57,960 nucleotides of DNA from Nitrososphaerota archaeon (GCA_021163925.1 JAGGTD010000013.1:1-57960), one strand, 5' to 3'; positions 8,893-17,894 are shown, numbered from the stretch's first letter. A program made the numbers and translations. The notes: a model not told the origin generated them from the sequence alone.

Positions 8893-9861
8893 TTAGATTG
8901 GGTAGGCGCCGCATACCTTACAATAGTTTGCGTCGTCTGGAACGTTTGAGTGACACATCGGGCAGATCTTCTTGGTCGAGCCGTCTGGATGGGGTGGGCC
9001 GAACAACTCTCGATAAATCTGATAGCAGAATAATTGCTCCTTGCTCCTGATCTTAACGCCATCCTCCACGAGGTATCTCTCCCTTAACTTGTCAAAGTCT
9101 TGGTCGGAGATCCTCTCCTCGAAGATTCTCGGTAGGATCGATGTCCCAGATCCACCCTCTATCGGAACCTTCTCTCTCCAGATTATTTCCTTTGGGAGCA
9201 TATTCTCGAACGCCATCCGCAGAATATACTTCCCATATCGTTTCCCATCCCTAAAGCCTATCCTAAATCTTGAGTCGAGGTTCTCGGCGAATGACAAAAC
9301 TTCTCGATCTAGAAATGGTTGCTTCACCCTTATTCCAAGCGCCTCTCCAAGCGTGGTCGACGAGAAGCTCATCCTCCTCCAAATCTCCCTAATCTTACGA
9401 TCCAGTTCCTCGATATCTAGATTATAGAGGAAGCTGTAGCCTGCGAACAATTCATCTCCCCCGTCCCCGGTCATGGCAATCCTTCCACCATTATCCCTCG
9501 CATGTCTCAACGCTATGTAGATGGCAGCGCTATTGCGCACCTCCATCGGGTCAAATGTCCTCAGGACCCTTATGGTGGATCGGATAACATCCTCAAGCTC
9601 ATCTAGGTCGAAGACGCGGATCAGATGCTCGATCCCAAGAAAGCCCGCGGCCATCTTCGCATAGCTTAGATCGCTGCCCGGAGAGTTTTCAAGATATACT
9701 GATACGGCTTTCACGTCCCCGATCCTTGAGGCGAGTAAGGCGATGATGCTTGAGTCTAAGCCCCCAGAGAGGAGGATCACGTCTCCGAGATTCCTCTCAA
9801 CCGCTCTCGCGAGGACCTCTCTAAGCTCTCTACAGAGTCTCTCCGGAACCATCAACCCCAA
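8893..9861 (-). CDS. Asparagine-synthetase-like PP-loop amidoligase with no glutaminase domain and a C-terminal zinc ribbon
   Basis: 322 aa. PP-loop SGGLDSS and TGDGGDELFAGY are typical of the AsnB synthetase domain. There is no N-terminal Ntn glutaminase domain. The protein ends in CPMCHSNVPDDANYCKVCG. Confidence 0.7.
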   Translation of the reverse strand: MGLMVPERLCRELREVLARAVERNLGDVILLSGGLDSSIIALLASRIGDVKAVSVYLENSPGSDLSYAKMAAGFLGIEHLIRVFDLDELEDVIRSTIRVLRTFDPMEVRNSAAIYIALRHARDNGGRIAMTGDGGDELFAGYSFLYNLDIEELDRKIREIWRRMSFSSTTLGEALGIRVKQPFLDREVLSFAENLDSRFRIGFRDGKRYGKYILRMAFENMLPKEIIWREKVPIEGGSGTSILPRIFEERISDQDFDKLRERYLVEDGVKIRSKEQLFCYQIYRELFGPPHPDGSTKKICPMCHSNVPDDANYCKVCGAYPI

Positions 9862-9883
9862 CGATCCCTAATCGAGGTCATGG

Positions 9884-9891
9884 ATATAAAT
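9884..9891. promoter_or_regulatory. Single central A/T box (ATATAAAT) in a 64-bp divergent intergenic region
   Basis: It is the only A/T-rich element between the divergent starts at 9861 (minus) and 9926 (plus), about 27 and 38 nt from them. Confidence 0.35.
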
Positions 9892-9925
9892 TCCGCTGGA
9901 CATCATCCAAGCAGTTGTATCGGTC

Positions 9926-10606
9926 TTGAAGGTGATAATTTCTTGGAGTGGTGGCAAGGATAGCTGCCTATCGCTCTACAGGGCCTTAAACGATGGACTC
10001 GAGCCTGTCTGCCTCCTAAACATCGCGACCCGAGCTGGAGAAGGCTTTAGAGTCCATGGCCTCAACCCTAAGATAATCATTGACCAGGCGAAGGCCTTGG
10101 AGCTGCCGATAGTTCAGAGGACCGCTAGCTGGGAGAGCTATGAGCAAGTCTTCAAGGAAGCTGTTGAGGAGATTAAATGTAGGCTGGGAGCGGAGGGAGT
10201 GGTCTTCGGAGACATCTTCTTGGAGGAGCATAGGCGTTGGACCATAAGGGTCTGCGAGGAGCTTGGAGTTAAGGCGTTCTCACCGCTCTACGGAGAAGAT
10301 GAGGAGAAGCTCATGATGGAGTTCTTGGACGCTGGCTTCAAGGCCATGATCGTATGCGTTAAGCTAGATAAGCTACCCGAGGATTTACTTGGAAGGATCT
10401 TCGACCGAGAAGTGATAAAGGCTTTAGAGAACGCCGGAGTAGATCTCTGCGGCGAATACGGCGAATACCACACACTCGTCTTAGACGGCCCAATATTCAA
10501 GAAGCGGATTGAAGTCCTCGAGGGCCGGATTGAGCATATTCCAAGAGGTTATGCGGTCTTCGATATCCATGGATGGAGGTTGGCCGAGAAGAGATTTGGG
10601 GACTAG
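9926..10606 (+). CDS. MJ0570/Dph6-like PP-loop ATP pyrophosphatase (putative diphthine-ammonia ligase)
   Basis: 226 aa. The N-terminal SWSGGKDS PP-loop and the size fit the archaeal Dph6-type ATP-binding domain. TTG start. Confidence 0.65.
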   Translation: MKVIISWSGGKDSCLSLYRALNDGLEPVCLLNIATRAGEGFRVHGLNPKIIIDQAKALELPIVQRTASWESYEQVFKEAVEEIKCRLGAEGVVFGDIFLEEHRRWTIRVCEELGVKAFSPLYGEDEEKLMMEFLDAGFKAMIVCVKLDKLPEDLLGRIFDREVIKALENAGVDLCGEYGEYHTLVLDGPIFKKRIEVLEGRIEHIPRGYAVFDIHGWRLAEKRFGD

Positions 10607-11316
10607 TATATTCTCCTCACAGCATATTTTGGCTTCATTCCATGATGCAGTATCGAGACGTTTCTCAGATATTTCTCCGCCCTCCTCCTAGCCTCCTCAA
10701 GCTCCGCGATCGTCGGCCTCCTATACACGTCATTCTCCATCGGTATATAACCGTCTATCCGATACGGGATTCTTGGATCAACCTCAGCTATGAACTCAGC
10801 GATCCTCTCGATCTCCTCGGCATCTATCAAGCCCGGCACCAATATGCTCTCAGCCCTAAGCTCCAGCCTGAGATCTCGATATCTCCTAAAGTTTTGGAGA
10901 ACCCTCTTAGATCCCCTCCTCCCCGTGAACCTCCTAAAGATCTCCTCGGTTACGGCCTTTATGCTGACGCAGACCGAGTCCACGACATCGGCTTCCACGA
11001 ACTTATAGCCATTCGTTAAGAGCACGTTATATGAGTTGAATCGGAATTTCATCGCCCTAGCGAGCTTATAGAACTCTCGATTTACGGTCGGCTCAAACCC
11101 CATGAAGATCACCCTCTTGAAGTCAAGCTCCTCGACAAGCCTCAAGACCTTTTCAGCCGAGATCGAGGGTCTCACCCCTTCAGATCTCTCGGCCAAATGT
11201 ATGTCGAGAGGGCGATTCTTGCAGATACATCCATGGCATGAGAAGTTACATGGCCCATCGAAGTATATACACAGCTCCCTCGGCTCAGGCGCGTAGGTTA
11301 TGTGATAGATTCCCAT
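10603..11316 (-). CDS. Small radical SAM enzyme (activase-like)
   Basis: 237 aa. CNFSCHGC is a CxxxCxxC motif about 25 residues from the N-terminus. Size and layout resemble PflA/NrdG-type activating enzymes. Confidence 0.7.
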   Translation of the reverse strand: MGIYHITYAPEPRELCIYFDGPCNFSCHGCICKNRPLDIHLAERSEGVRPSISAEKVLRLVEELDFKRVIFMGFEPTVNREFYKLARAMKFRFNSYNVLLTNGYKFVEADVVDSVCVSIKAVTEEIFRRFTGRRGSKRVLQNFRRYRDLRLELRAESILVPGLIDAEEIERIAEFIAEVDPRIPYRIDGYIPMENDVYRRPTIAELEEARRRAEKYLRNVSILHHGMKPKYAVRRIY

Positions 11317-11387
11317 CTTCTAGGCTCCCATTCTTCCAGCTTCTGAGACAGTATATATCTTTGGGCGGATAATCCATCCAAATAGAG

Positions 11388-12413
11388 TTGGGAGCCCTAA
11401 TCGCCCTGCTCGATGGAGCCGCGGACGAACTGATCCCAGCCCTAGCTAATAAAACGCCGCTTGAGGCCGCGGGAAAGCCCTTCATAGATAGGTTGGCCTC
11501 TTCAGGCTTGGTGGGATATACTGGAGCCTACCTCCATACTCATCAATTTCTAGCCGACTTACTCGCCGAGGGAGGGCAGGTTCCACGCGGGATTCTGGAG
11601 GCATTAGCACTAGATATTCCATTAAGAGAGGGTATGATAGTCTATAGGCTGAGCCCGGCGAGGATCGATGGAGGATCTATCGAGCTCGAATACAACCTAT
11701 CCAAAGGGATGTTGCAAAGCCTCGAAAGCCTAGTCAATAAAATGCTGCCGCTGATCTCGGATCTGAGTCCAAGAATATACTTCAACGACGGCCGAGGAAT
11801 CCTGATCTTGGAGAAGACGGATTTCAAACCTGTTTCAAGCTCGCCCTTTGAAGACAGCGGACTCGACGCCCTCCCCATCATGCTTCAAGACTTCGTGAGA
11901 AGAATAGCTTTGAGAAATAATGGCTTAACGATAATCCCTTGGGGAGGCGGAGTCTTCAAAAATCTCAATCTAAGACCTAGGGTTAGAAGGCTTTCGATAT
12001 TATCGAATAGTCCAGCGGCTCATGGCCTCGCAAAGCTCCTAAAAATCAAAGCCCACAACATCTCCAGCTTAGATGACCTGCTTAATCAGGCTCGGAGGCT
12101 AGTCAAGGAAGGAAACGTTCTAATACATTTCGAGCGGCCTGACATGGAATCTCATAAGAGATCATATACTGGGAAGGTCTCGGCAATAGAAGAGGCGGAT
12201 CACATTCTCGAAGAACTATATCGAGAGACCGGCTGCAGAATACTTCTCGTGATAGATCACGGCACGTCCTCAATGACCGGGAGACATTTCAGGGTGAAGA
12301 CGCCCTTCTTATACGCGGAGAAGCCGGCTGAGGAAGTATCGAGGAGATTTCATGAAAAGATCCTCGGAGAGTTCGTTCCAACGGGCAGGCTTCTTAACAT
12401 GATCTCTAAATGA
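11388..12413 (+). CDS. Divergent, short ApgM-like alkaline-phosphatase-superfamily metalloenzyme
   Basis: The N-terminus LLDGAADE...NKTPLEAAGKPFIDRLA and the C-terminal VIDHGTS...GRH resemble archaeal cofactor-independent phosphoglycerate mutase. The protein is only 341 aa and its middle region is diverged. TTG start. Confidence 0.5.
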   Translation: MGALIALLDGAADELIPALANKTPLEAAGKPFIDRLASSGLVGYTGAYLHTHQFLADLLAEGGQVPRGILEALALDIPLREGMIVYRLSPARIDGGSIELEYNLSKGMLQSLESLVNKMLPLISDLSPRIYFNDGRGILILEKTDFKPVSSSPFEDSGLDALPIMLQDFVRRIALRNNGLTIIPWGGGVFKNLNLRPRVRRLSILSNSPAAHGLAKLLKIKAHNISSLDDLLNQARRLVKEGNVLIHFERPDMESHKRSYTGKVSAIEEADHILEELYRETGCRILLVIDHGTSSMTGRHFRVKTPFLYAEKPAEEVSRRFHEKILGEFVPTGRLLNMISK

Positions 12414-13443
12414 CCGGCAACTTCAAAACAATCCCATAGATCATCATGGTGGTGGCCGTCACCAAGATTAGATGGAGAGCCGTAGAACACAATACTATTC
12501 TCACCGCATCATATATCCGCCTCCAATCCAGGCCATTAATGGGATCCCCGAGAACATATTGCCCTATCTTTTCAAGTCTCACGCCGAGCGCTCCGGCCAT
12601 GGCCGCCATGGGATGGCCCGCGTTCAAGCTCTCAGTCCTATCATGATCTCTCTTCCAAATTCTCCAGGCCTCTCTCCAGTCGTGGCCGAGTAGCAGCGAT
12701 GAGAGGATTATGTAGAGAGCTGATAATCTAGCTGGGAGATAGTTTATTATTGTGTCGAGCTTGGCTGAGAACCATCCAACCCTTTCAAGCTCCCGGCTCC
12801 TAAACCCTACAGCCCCGTCGAGCGTGTTTATGATCCTCTGTAGATATGGTCCGATCACCCCTAGAAGCGGGTAATAGAATAGCGGGGAGACTATCCCGTC
12901 CACGAGGCTCTCGGCGAGGGACTCGACCGCCGCCGATAGCACGTGCTCCTCGTCAAGCGAGTATACATCCCTCCTAACGAGCTGCTGGGCCCAGAATCTC
13001 GCATCCTCCCAGTCGCCCACCCTAGCGCAATTACCGACCCTGAGCCCAATCTCGGCCAGCAACCTTATCGAGAAGCTAAGCTTCAGGATACATGCTGCCA
13101 CGGTTAGCCAGAGGATCTGCGTAGCCCAAGATTCGGCTAGATGGATTGCTGTAAGCATGGCCGTGGGCGGAGCTAGGTGAACTAGGATGCACGTGAGGGC
13201 CAGTATCACGCCATAAGCCCTTCCAGCATATGGTCTCACAAGCCGCTTAGCCATCAAGAAGCATGTATGCACGGGGTGGACTCTAAGCATCAGACCTCGA
13301 TGACGGGGATAGAGGAGGTCTAGGAGGACCGCGAACAATAATGCGAGCAAGCCGATCGTCAAGTTCGGCGGATAAATTGCCTTGAGAGCGCTGAAGATCG
13401 CCTCAAATCCTCGGCTAAGCTCCTCGATCATGGCCCTATCCAT
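12406..13443 (-). CDS. cbiB: Adenosylcobinamide-phosphate synthase (CbiB/CobD family)
   Basis: 345 aa polytopic membrane protein. GAVGFRS, NAGHPMAAMAGALGVRL and LGD are typical of CbiB. Last gene of the cobamide operon. Confidence 0.8.
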   Translation of the reverse strand: MDRAMIEELSRGFEAIFSALKAIYPPNLTIGLLALLFAVLLDLLYPRHRGLMLRVHPVHTCFLMAKRLVRPYAGRAYGVILALTCILVHLAPPTAMLTAIHLAESWATQILWLTVAACILKLSFSIRLLAEIGLRVGNCARVGDWEDARFWAQQLVRRDVYSLDEEHVLSAAVESLAESLVDGIVSPLFYYPLLGVIGPYLQRIINTLDGAVGFRSRELERVGWFSAKLDTIINYLPARLSALYIILSSLLLGHDWREAWRIWKRDHDRTESLNAGHPMAAMAGALGVRLEKIGQYVLGDPINGLDWRRIYDAVRIVLCSTALHLILVTATTMMIYGIVLKLPVI

Positions 13444-14204
13444 AGAGATGTTAGGGTTGCTGAGGATATGAGGGCGGCGGCCTTCGCGAGTTCATAACAA
13501 AATCCCAGAACATCTCCGTTCGCGAATCCCAGAACCCTATGAGACTTCACCCGCGTATAGATTACCGCGACTATGGTTGAGGCGATCATCGTAAGCTGAT
13601 GACATATAGTATCTCGGCGGATATAGGCGATCGCGAGGAAGATTGCTCCAACCGCGAGCAAGTTTATCGTAACCTTAGCTCCATGCTTCGACTCGATTAT
13701 GAAGTCCCTGCTGAGCCCATGATAGCTTGGGGGAGCCGATGCCGTGGATAGGAGATACATGGACTCGGATGCCGAGACGTGGGAGAGTATGATTATATCC
13801 CACCAGCCCTCGGCCACGAGCGCGACCAGCGAGGAATACGTGACTATGATTAGTAGGGCTGTGGCCGCGGTTGAGATTGCGCCCCTCCCCGGCTCCTTCA
13901 TGATCTTTAGGGCATCCTCCCCGCTCCTCCCAGATCCTAGGGCGTCGGCGAAGTCTGCGAAGCCGTCTAGGTGGCTGAACCCGGTGATGAGATAGGAGAC
14001 GACGAGTATTAGAGCCGCCTTAACATAGATCGGCGCGTTAAGAAGAATTGGGATCGTGGCTATCGATCCCTCGAGCAGGCCTACTATCGGCGTCAGATAG
14101 AAGAGTTTGGAGGCGGATTCTATATCATGGACTCCAGTCGGTATTATCGTTAGGAATGATAGGAGGGCCATGAACCCCTTAAACTTCTCCAGCAAGCTCC
14201 TCAA
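13428..14204 (-). CDS. cobS: Adenosylcobinamide-GDP ribazoletransferase (cobalamin synthase)
   Basis: 258 aa membrane protein. FLTIIP..., the HLDGFADFADAL motif and GDVLG are typical of CobS. Confidence 0.8.
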   Translation of the reverse strand: MRSLLEKFKGFMALLSFLTIIPTGVHDIESASKLFYLTPIVGLLEGSIATIPILLNAPIYVKAALILVVSYLITGFSHLDGFADFADALGSGRSGEDALKIMKEPGRGAISTAATALLIIVTYSSLVALVAEGWWDIIILSHVSASESMYLLSTASAPPSYHGLSRDFIIESKHGAKVTINLLAVGAIFLAIAYIRRDTICHQLTMIASTIVAVIYTRVKSHRVLGFANGDVLGFCYELAKAAALISSATLTSLWIGP

Positions 14205-15237
14205 ACGCTCTCACCAATAATTCGTTCTCATCCCTCTTTCTAACGGCGACTCGAGTATGGAACCTAGTTAAGCCGCGGAACGTATGCGCGGATCTAACGT
14301 GAATCCTATACCTTCTCAATAATTCATCTCTAAGGATTCGGGAGTCTATCCATGGATGCTTTAGGAGGAGGAAGTTCGCCTCAGACCCATATACGCGGTA
14401 GCCGAGCCTTGAGAGCGATCGAATGAGCCTAGCCCTTTCCTCCGCGATATATTGGCTCGACCTCCTTATGAAGCTCCAAAGCTCTTCCTTGGCCTCGACC
14501 AATATCTTCCTAAAGGTTGCCTCCGCGATCGAGCTTATGTTCCAAGTCGGCCTAATCGCCTCCATCCTCCTCAACAACTTCTTTGAAGCTGTGTAGGCGA
14601 ATCCGAGCCGCAGGCCCGGCGTCCCGAAGACTTTCGTGAAGCTCCTCACGACCACCACGTTCTCCAAGCCTCTTCCGAGAAGCCCCTTATGGCCGCTTAG
14701 CTCCGCATACACCTCATCCAGTATAAGCCATGCCTCTCCATCAAGCTCCTCCGCCAACCCGATCAAAACCTCCTCATCGACGACTAAGCCGGTTGGATTA
14801 TTTGGATTCGTGACCACTATGGTAACCGCGTCGAGACCCTTGACCTCCTCAACCACCTGACCCGCATCAAACTTGAAGATCCCGTCCACTTCCCTCATTA
14901 CCAGATGCTTACACTTGGCCTCGATTCCCTCGCATAGGAGATCATAGTCTCCATAGCTTGGGCTCACGACCAGCAGGTTTCTCGGCTTCAAAGCTATCAC
15001 CGCGAGGCTTAAGGCCTCTGAAGCACCGTTACAGGCGACCAAGAGATCCTCGTCTAGGCTGTGGAAGTATGCTATGGCCTCCTTAAGCCCAGTATAGTTC
15101 GAGTCCGGATAAGCTCCGTATACGCCGGCCTTACAGCAACGAGCAACCTCTTCCTCCAAAATCTTGGGCGGGCCTAGAGGATTTGTGTTCACGCTGAAAT
15201 CCAATATATTCCAGATTCCCCCACCATGAACTCTCAT
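14179..15237 (-). CDS. cobD: Class-II aminotransferase-fold L-threonine-O-3-phosphate decarboxylase (CobD/CobC-type)
   Basis: 352 aa. TNPNNPTG and the PLP-lysine motif RSFTKVFGTPGLRLG are present, and the gene sits between cobY and cobS. There is no C-terminal extension. Confidence 0.65.
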   Translation of the reverse strand: MRVHGGGIWNILDFSVNTNPLGPPKILEEEVARCCKAGVYGAYPDSNYTGLKEAIAYFHSLDEDLLVACNGASEALSLAVIALKPRNLLVVSPSYGDYDLLCEGIEAKCKHLVMREVDGIFKFDAGQVVEEVKGLDAVTIVVTNPNNPTGLVVDEEVLIGLAEELDGEAWLILDEVYAELSGHKGLLGRGLENVVVVRSFTKVFGTPGLRLGFAYTASKKLLRRMEAIRPTWNISSIAEATFRKILVEAKEELWSFIRRSSQYIAEERARLIRSLSRLGYRVYGSEANFLLLKHPWIDSRILRDELLRRYRIHVRSAHTFRGLTRFHTRVAVRKRDENELLVRAFEELAGEV

Positions 15238-15797
15238 TTAAGCAGCGCCTCGCTAAACCTAAGCTCAGGCCAAGTATCTATATCCAGTAGCTCGGGAAAC
15301 CTATCCATCACCACGTCGCTCCAGCTCCAGTCCTCGCCCTTGAGAAGCGATACCCCTATCGGGCTCTTCAGAGGATTTCTCCGAAGCTCCCTCGGGAAGT
15401 TGCTTCGATCGGCTATGAGCGTTATAAGGCTCTCCCGCCTCCTCCAAGCCTCGGTCAAGAACTTGTTTAATAGCTCGGCGGTTAGGAAGGGCGTGTCCAC
15501 GGGTAGGAAGAGGATCGGCCTATCCACCCTCGAGGCGACGTATCTTAGATCCCTCGAGTATCCCTCCCCAATGGTCTCGATTATCCGAACACCTCTCTCA
15601 ATACACCAACGCTTAGTCAGCGGGGTATGCTTCGATGGAGCGATATAGAGTTCGCCGCCAAGCTCTCCGGCAGCATCTAAGACATATTCGATTAGGGGCT
15701 TTCCCCTCAGCCTTAGTAGAGCCTTCTCAACCCCATTCATCCTCGTAGCCCTCCCACCCGCCATGACAACGATCCTTAGAGAACTCACCCCCATCAC
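15234..15797 (-). CDS. cobY: Archaeal-type adenosylcobinamide-phosphate guanylyltransferase (MobA-like NTP transferase)
   Basis: 187 aa. The N-terminal VVMAGGRATRM...KAL...GKPLI nucleotidyltransferase motif is present, and the gene lies in the cobamide operon. Confidence 0.65.
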   Translation of the reverse strand: MMGVSSLRIVVMAGGRATRMNGVEKALLRLRGKPLIEYVLDAAGELGGELYIAPSKHTPLTKRWCIERGVRIIETIGEGYSRDLRYVASRVDRPILFLPVDTPFLTAELLNKFLTEAWRRRESLITLIADRSNFPRELRRNPLKSPIGVSLLKGEDWSWSDVVMDRFPELLDIDTWPELRFSEALLK

Positions 15798-16912
15798 CTA
15801 CCTAGATGTCTATCGTAGATCTTGCTCAGGATCGAGCCTATCAGCGATGCGAGGATGTCGTCCATGAACATCGGCTTATCCCCAAACTCCTCAAACCCCT
15901 CCTTGGCCGAGTCGATCCAATAATAGGCGAAGAGGGCTTTCCAGCCATTGATGTAGAGGGCTAGAGTTATCCCGAGAAGCTCATCCGCGAGGATCTTCTT
16001 CGAGTCGCTCAGATACTCGTCTCGACTCAGCTCTGGAAGTGTTCCGGCCAAGCCGTGCCAGTCTAGGTTGCGGGCTGCGAGAGCTAGAGCCCAGATATTC
16101 GGATCCCTTAGAAGCTCTCTAAGCTCCGTCTCAACCTCTCTCTCGACCTCGGCCTCGGATAAGCTTGGGATAGGCGCTCTCCGATAGATCTTGGCAGCCG
16201 CCTCGGCGACCCAGCTCAAGTCCACGCCGAAGATGTTCCTAAACCTCTCCTCCACGCCCATGCCCTTAAGCCCTGCCGAGATCATCGCCTCATAGACCAG
16301 TTTGGCGGCCTCCGATCCTATTGGAGTCGCTGGACCTGCATAGAACTCCCGATCCTCTGAGTCCATCCTAGAGGCTATGACTAGGGCGTCGGTTATGGTC
16401 GCATAGACCCTGCCCAGATTATAGCCTCTTGAGAGGGCTAGGTCCGCTAGAGCGATGGCCTTCACGCCGCTTACAACCCCTGCTAGATCTATGAGAGCTC
16501 TATCCGCTAGAGGCTTCTCCACGAAGAGTAGGATGTTTATGGTCCCCGGCCTCTCCCCAGACCCTCTGGTTCTGATGGATGCACCGTGGCTGAGCCCGAC
16601 GCTGGCTACTAGCGCGATCTTAGTCGGCGAATCCACCTCGAGCTCGATATGCTCCTTCACGACATCTACGGCTGTTAAGAATACCGCGGAGCTCTTCCTC
16701 GGGAGCTTTAGCTTTTCTAGGAGGCTCTCGGCGTATCGGGTTGGGTCGGGTTCGTTGAAGTCGGGGTCAACCCTGTGAAATATGACGTGCGTCAGCTCTC
16801 TAAGCCCGCCTCCTATGATCGTCGAGGATAGGGCCCTCACCCTCCCCCCAAAATCTATAATCAAGGTATCTTCTCCAACCATCTCCTTCCTAAGCAAGGC
16901 CTCACCCCTCAA
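15794..16912 (-). CDS. cbiZ: Adenosylcobinamide amidohydrolase CbiZ fused to a PgpA-like (CobZ-type) C-terminal domain
   Basis: The N-terminal ~220 aa are CbiZ-like (ALSSTIIGGGL...VIFHRV). The C-terminal ~150 aa carry ADELLG and PMFMDDILAS, which resemble PgpA/CobZ phosphatase motifs. Confidence 0.6.
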   Translation of the reverse strand: MRGEALLRKEMVGEDTLIIDFGGRVRALSSTIIGGGLRELTHVIFHRVDPDFNEPDPTRYAESLLEKLKLPRKSSAVFLTAVDVVKEHIELEVDSPTKIALVASVGLSHGASIRTRGSGERPGTINILLFVEKPLADRALIDLAGVVSGVKAIALADLALSRGYNLGRVYATITDALVIASRMDSEDREFYAGPATPIGSEAAKLVYEAMISAGLKGMGVEERFRNIFGVDLSWVAEAAAKIYRRAPIPSLSEAEVEREVETELRELLRDPNIWALALAARNLDWHGLAGTLPELSRDEYLSDSKKILADELLGITLALYINGWKALFAYYWIDSAKEGFEEFGDKPMFMDDILASLIGSILSKIYDRHLGR

Positions 16913-16979
16913 CCATCATAAGGCAGATGCTTGATCTCCACATCCCTCATCCACACTCGACCAATCTTAACCGAGTTCT

Positions 16980-17822
16980 TCAACCAGCCTTCACCTCCCT
17001 AAACTTTTCAGACAGGATCTTGAGCGTCCGCGTGAAGGATGGGCCTGAGTGGGTGAGAGGTAGCTCTTTCTCCCGCGCACACCAGACCCTCCCCTCCCTC
17101 ACAGCCTTGATATCATTCCATCCACGTCTCGCGATGAGAGACTCCACCTCCTCAGCGTCCATCCTCCTCTCAGAGAGAAAGATCATGAGGTCTGGATCTC
17201 CCCTAGAGACCTCGTCGAAATCCGGTTTGAAGAACCCCACAGTCTTCGAGAAGATATTCAATCCTCCGGCGGTGTAGATTAGGTCGTCGATGAAGATCAG
17301 TCTTCCAAAGGTTGTGGGAAATCTATCAGGCCAGAGCTCGACATACACCTTCGGCCTCTCCTCTCTCCTCCCTTCATATCTATAGACCTTCAACTCATCC
17401 ACAAGCCTCTTCACGAGCTTTCCAGCCTCCTCCCGCCTCCCGACCAGCGAGCCAACGACCATCACATTCTCAAGTATCCCATAGAGACTCTTGGGAAGAG
17501 GCACCAGATAGACGTTGAAGCCTCGGCGATGGAGTTCGATTGCAAGATCCTGCTGGATACCCGTCGAGACGAATATCAGATCCGGGTTTAAGGTTCTAAG
17601 CCGTTCATAATTGACCTTCGTCGCGGAAGCCACCGATGGAATCCCCTTAACCTCTTCTATGAGATACTTACACCAGAAGGAGACTCCGACTATATTCTCC
17701 AGAAAACCTATGCTGGCGAGTATCTCGGTTATCGAGGGGTATAGGCTGACAACCCTTTCAATTCTCTCCGGCAACTCGATGCGGCCTTTTAGAAAATCGT
17801 AGAGGAAGGACGCTGTTCTCAA
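16980..17822 (-). CDS. BtuF-like (Peripla_BP_2 fold) binding protein without a signal peptide
   Basis: 280 aa. The N-lobe pattern RVVSLYPSITEILASIG...VGVS is typical of BtuF/FhuD-type binding proteins. There is no hydrophobic N-terminus, and no in-frame start lies upstream of the TTG before a stop is reached. Confidence 0.6.
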   Translation of the reverse strand: MRTASFLYDFLKGRIELPERIERVVSLYPSITEILASIGFLENIVGVSFWCKYLIEEVKGIPSVASATKVNYERLRTLNPDLIFVSTGIQQDLAIELHRRGFNVYLVPLPKSLYGILENVMVVGSLVGRREEAGKLVKRLVDELKVYRYEGRREERPKVYVELWPDRFPTTFGRLIFIDDLIYTAGGLNIFSKTVGFFKPDFDEVSRGDPDLMIFLSERRMDAEEVESLIARRGWNDIKAVREGRVWCAREKELPLTHSGPSFTRTLKILSEKFREVKAG

Positions 17823-17894
17823 AACCCCACCCTGTCCAGACTTCTTACATGGGGTATAAGAAGTTTTGGATGGATAATCCGACCAAATTCATGA

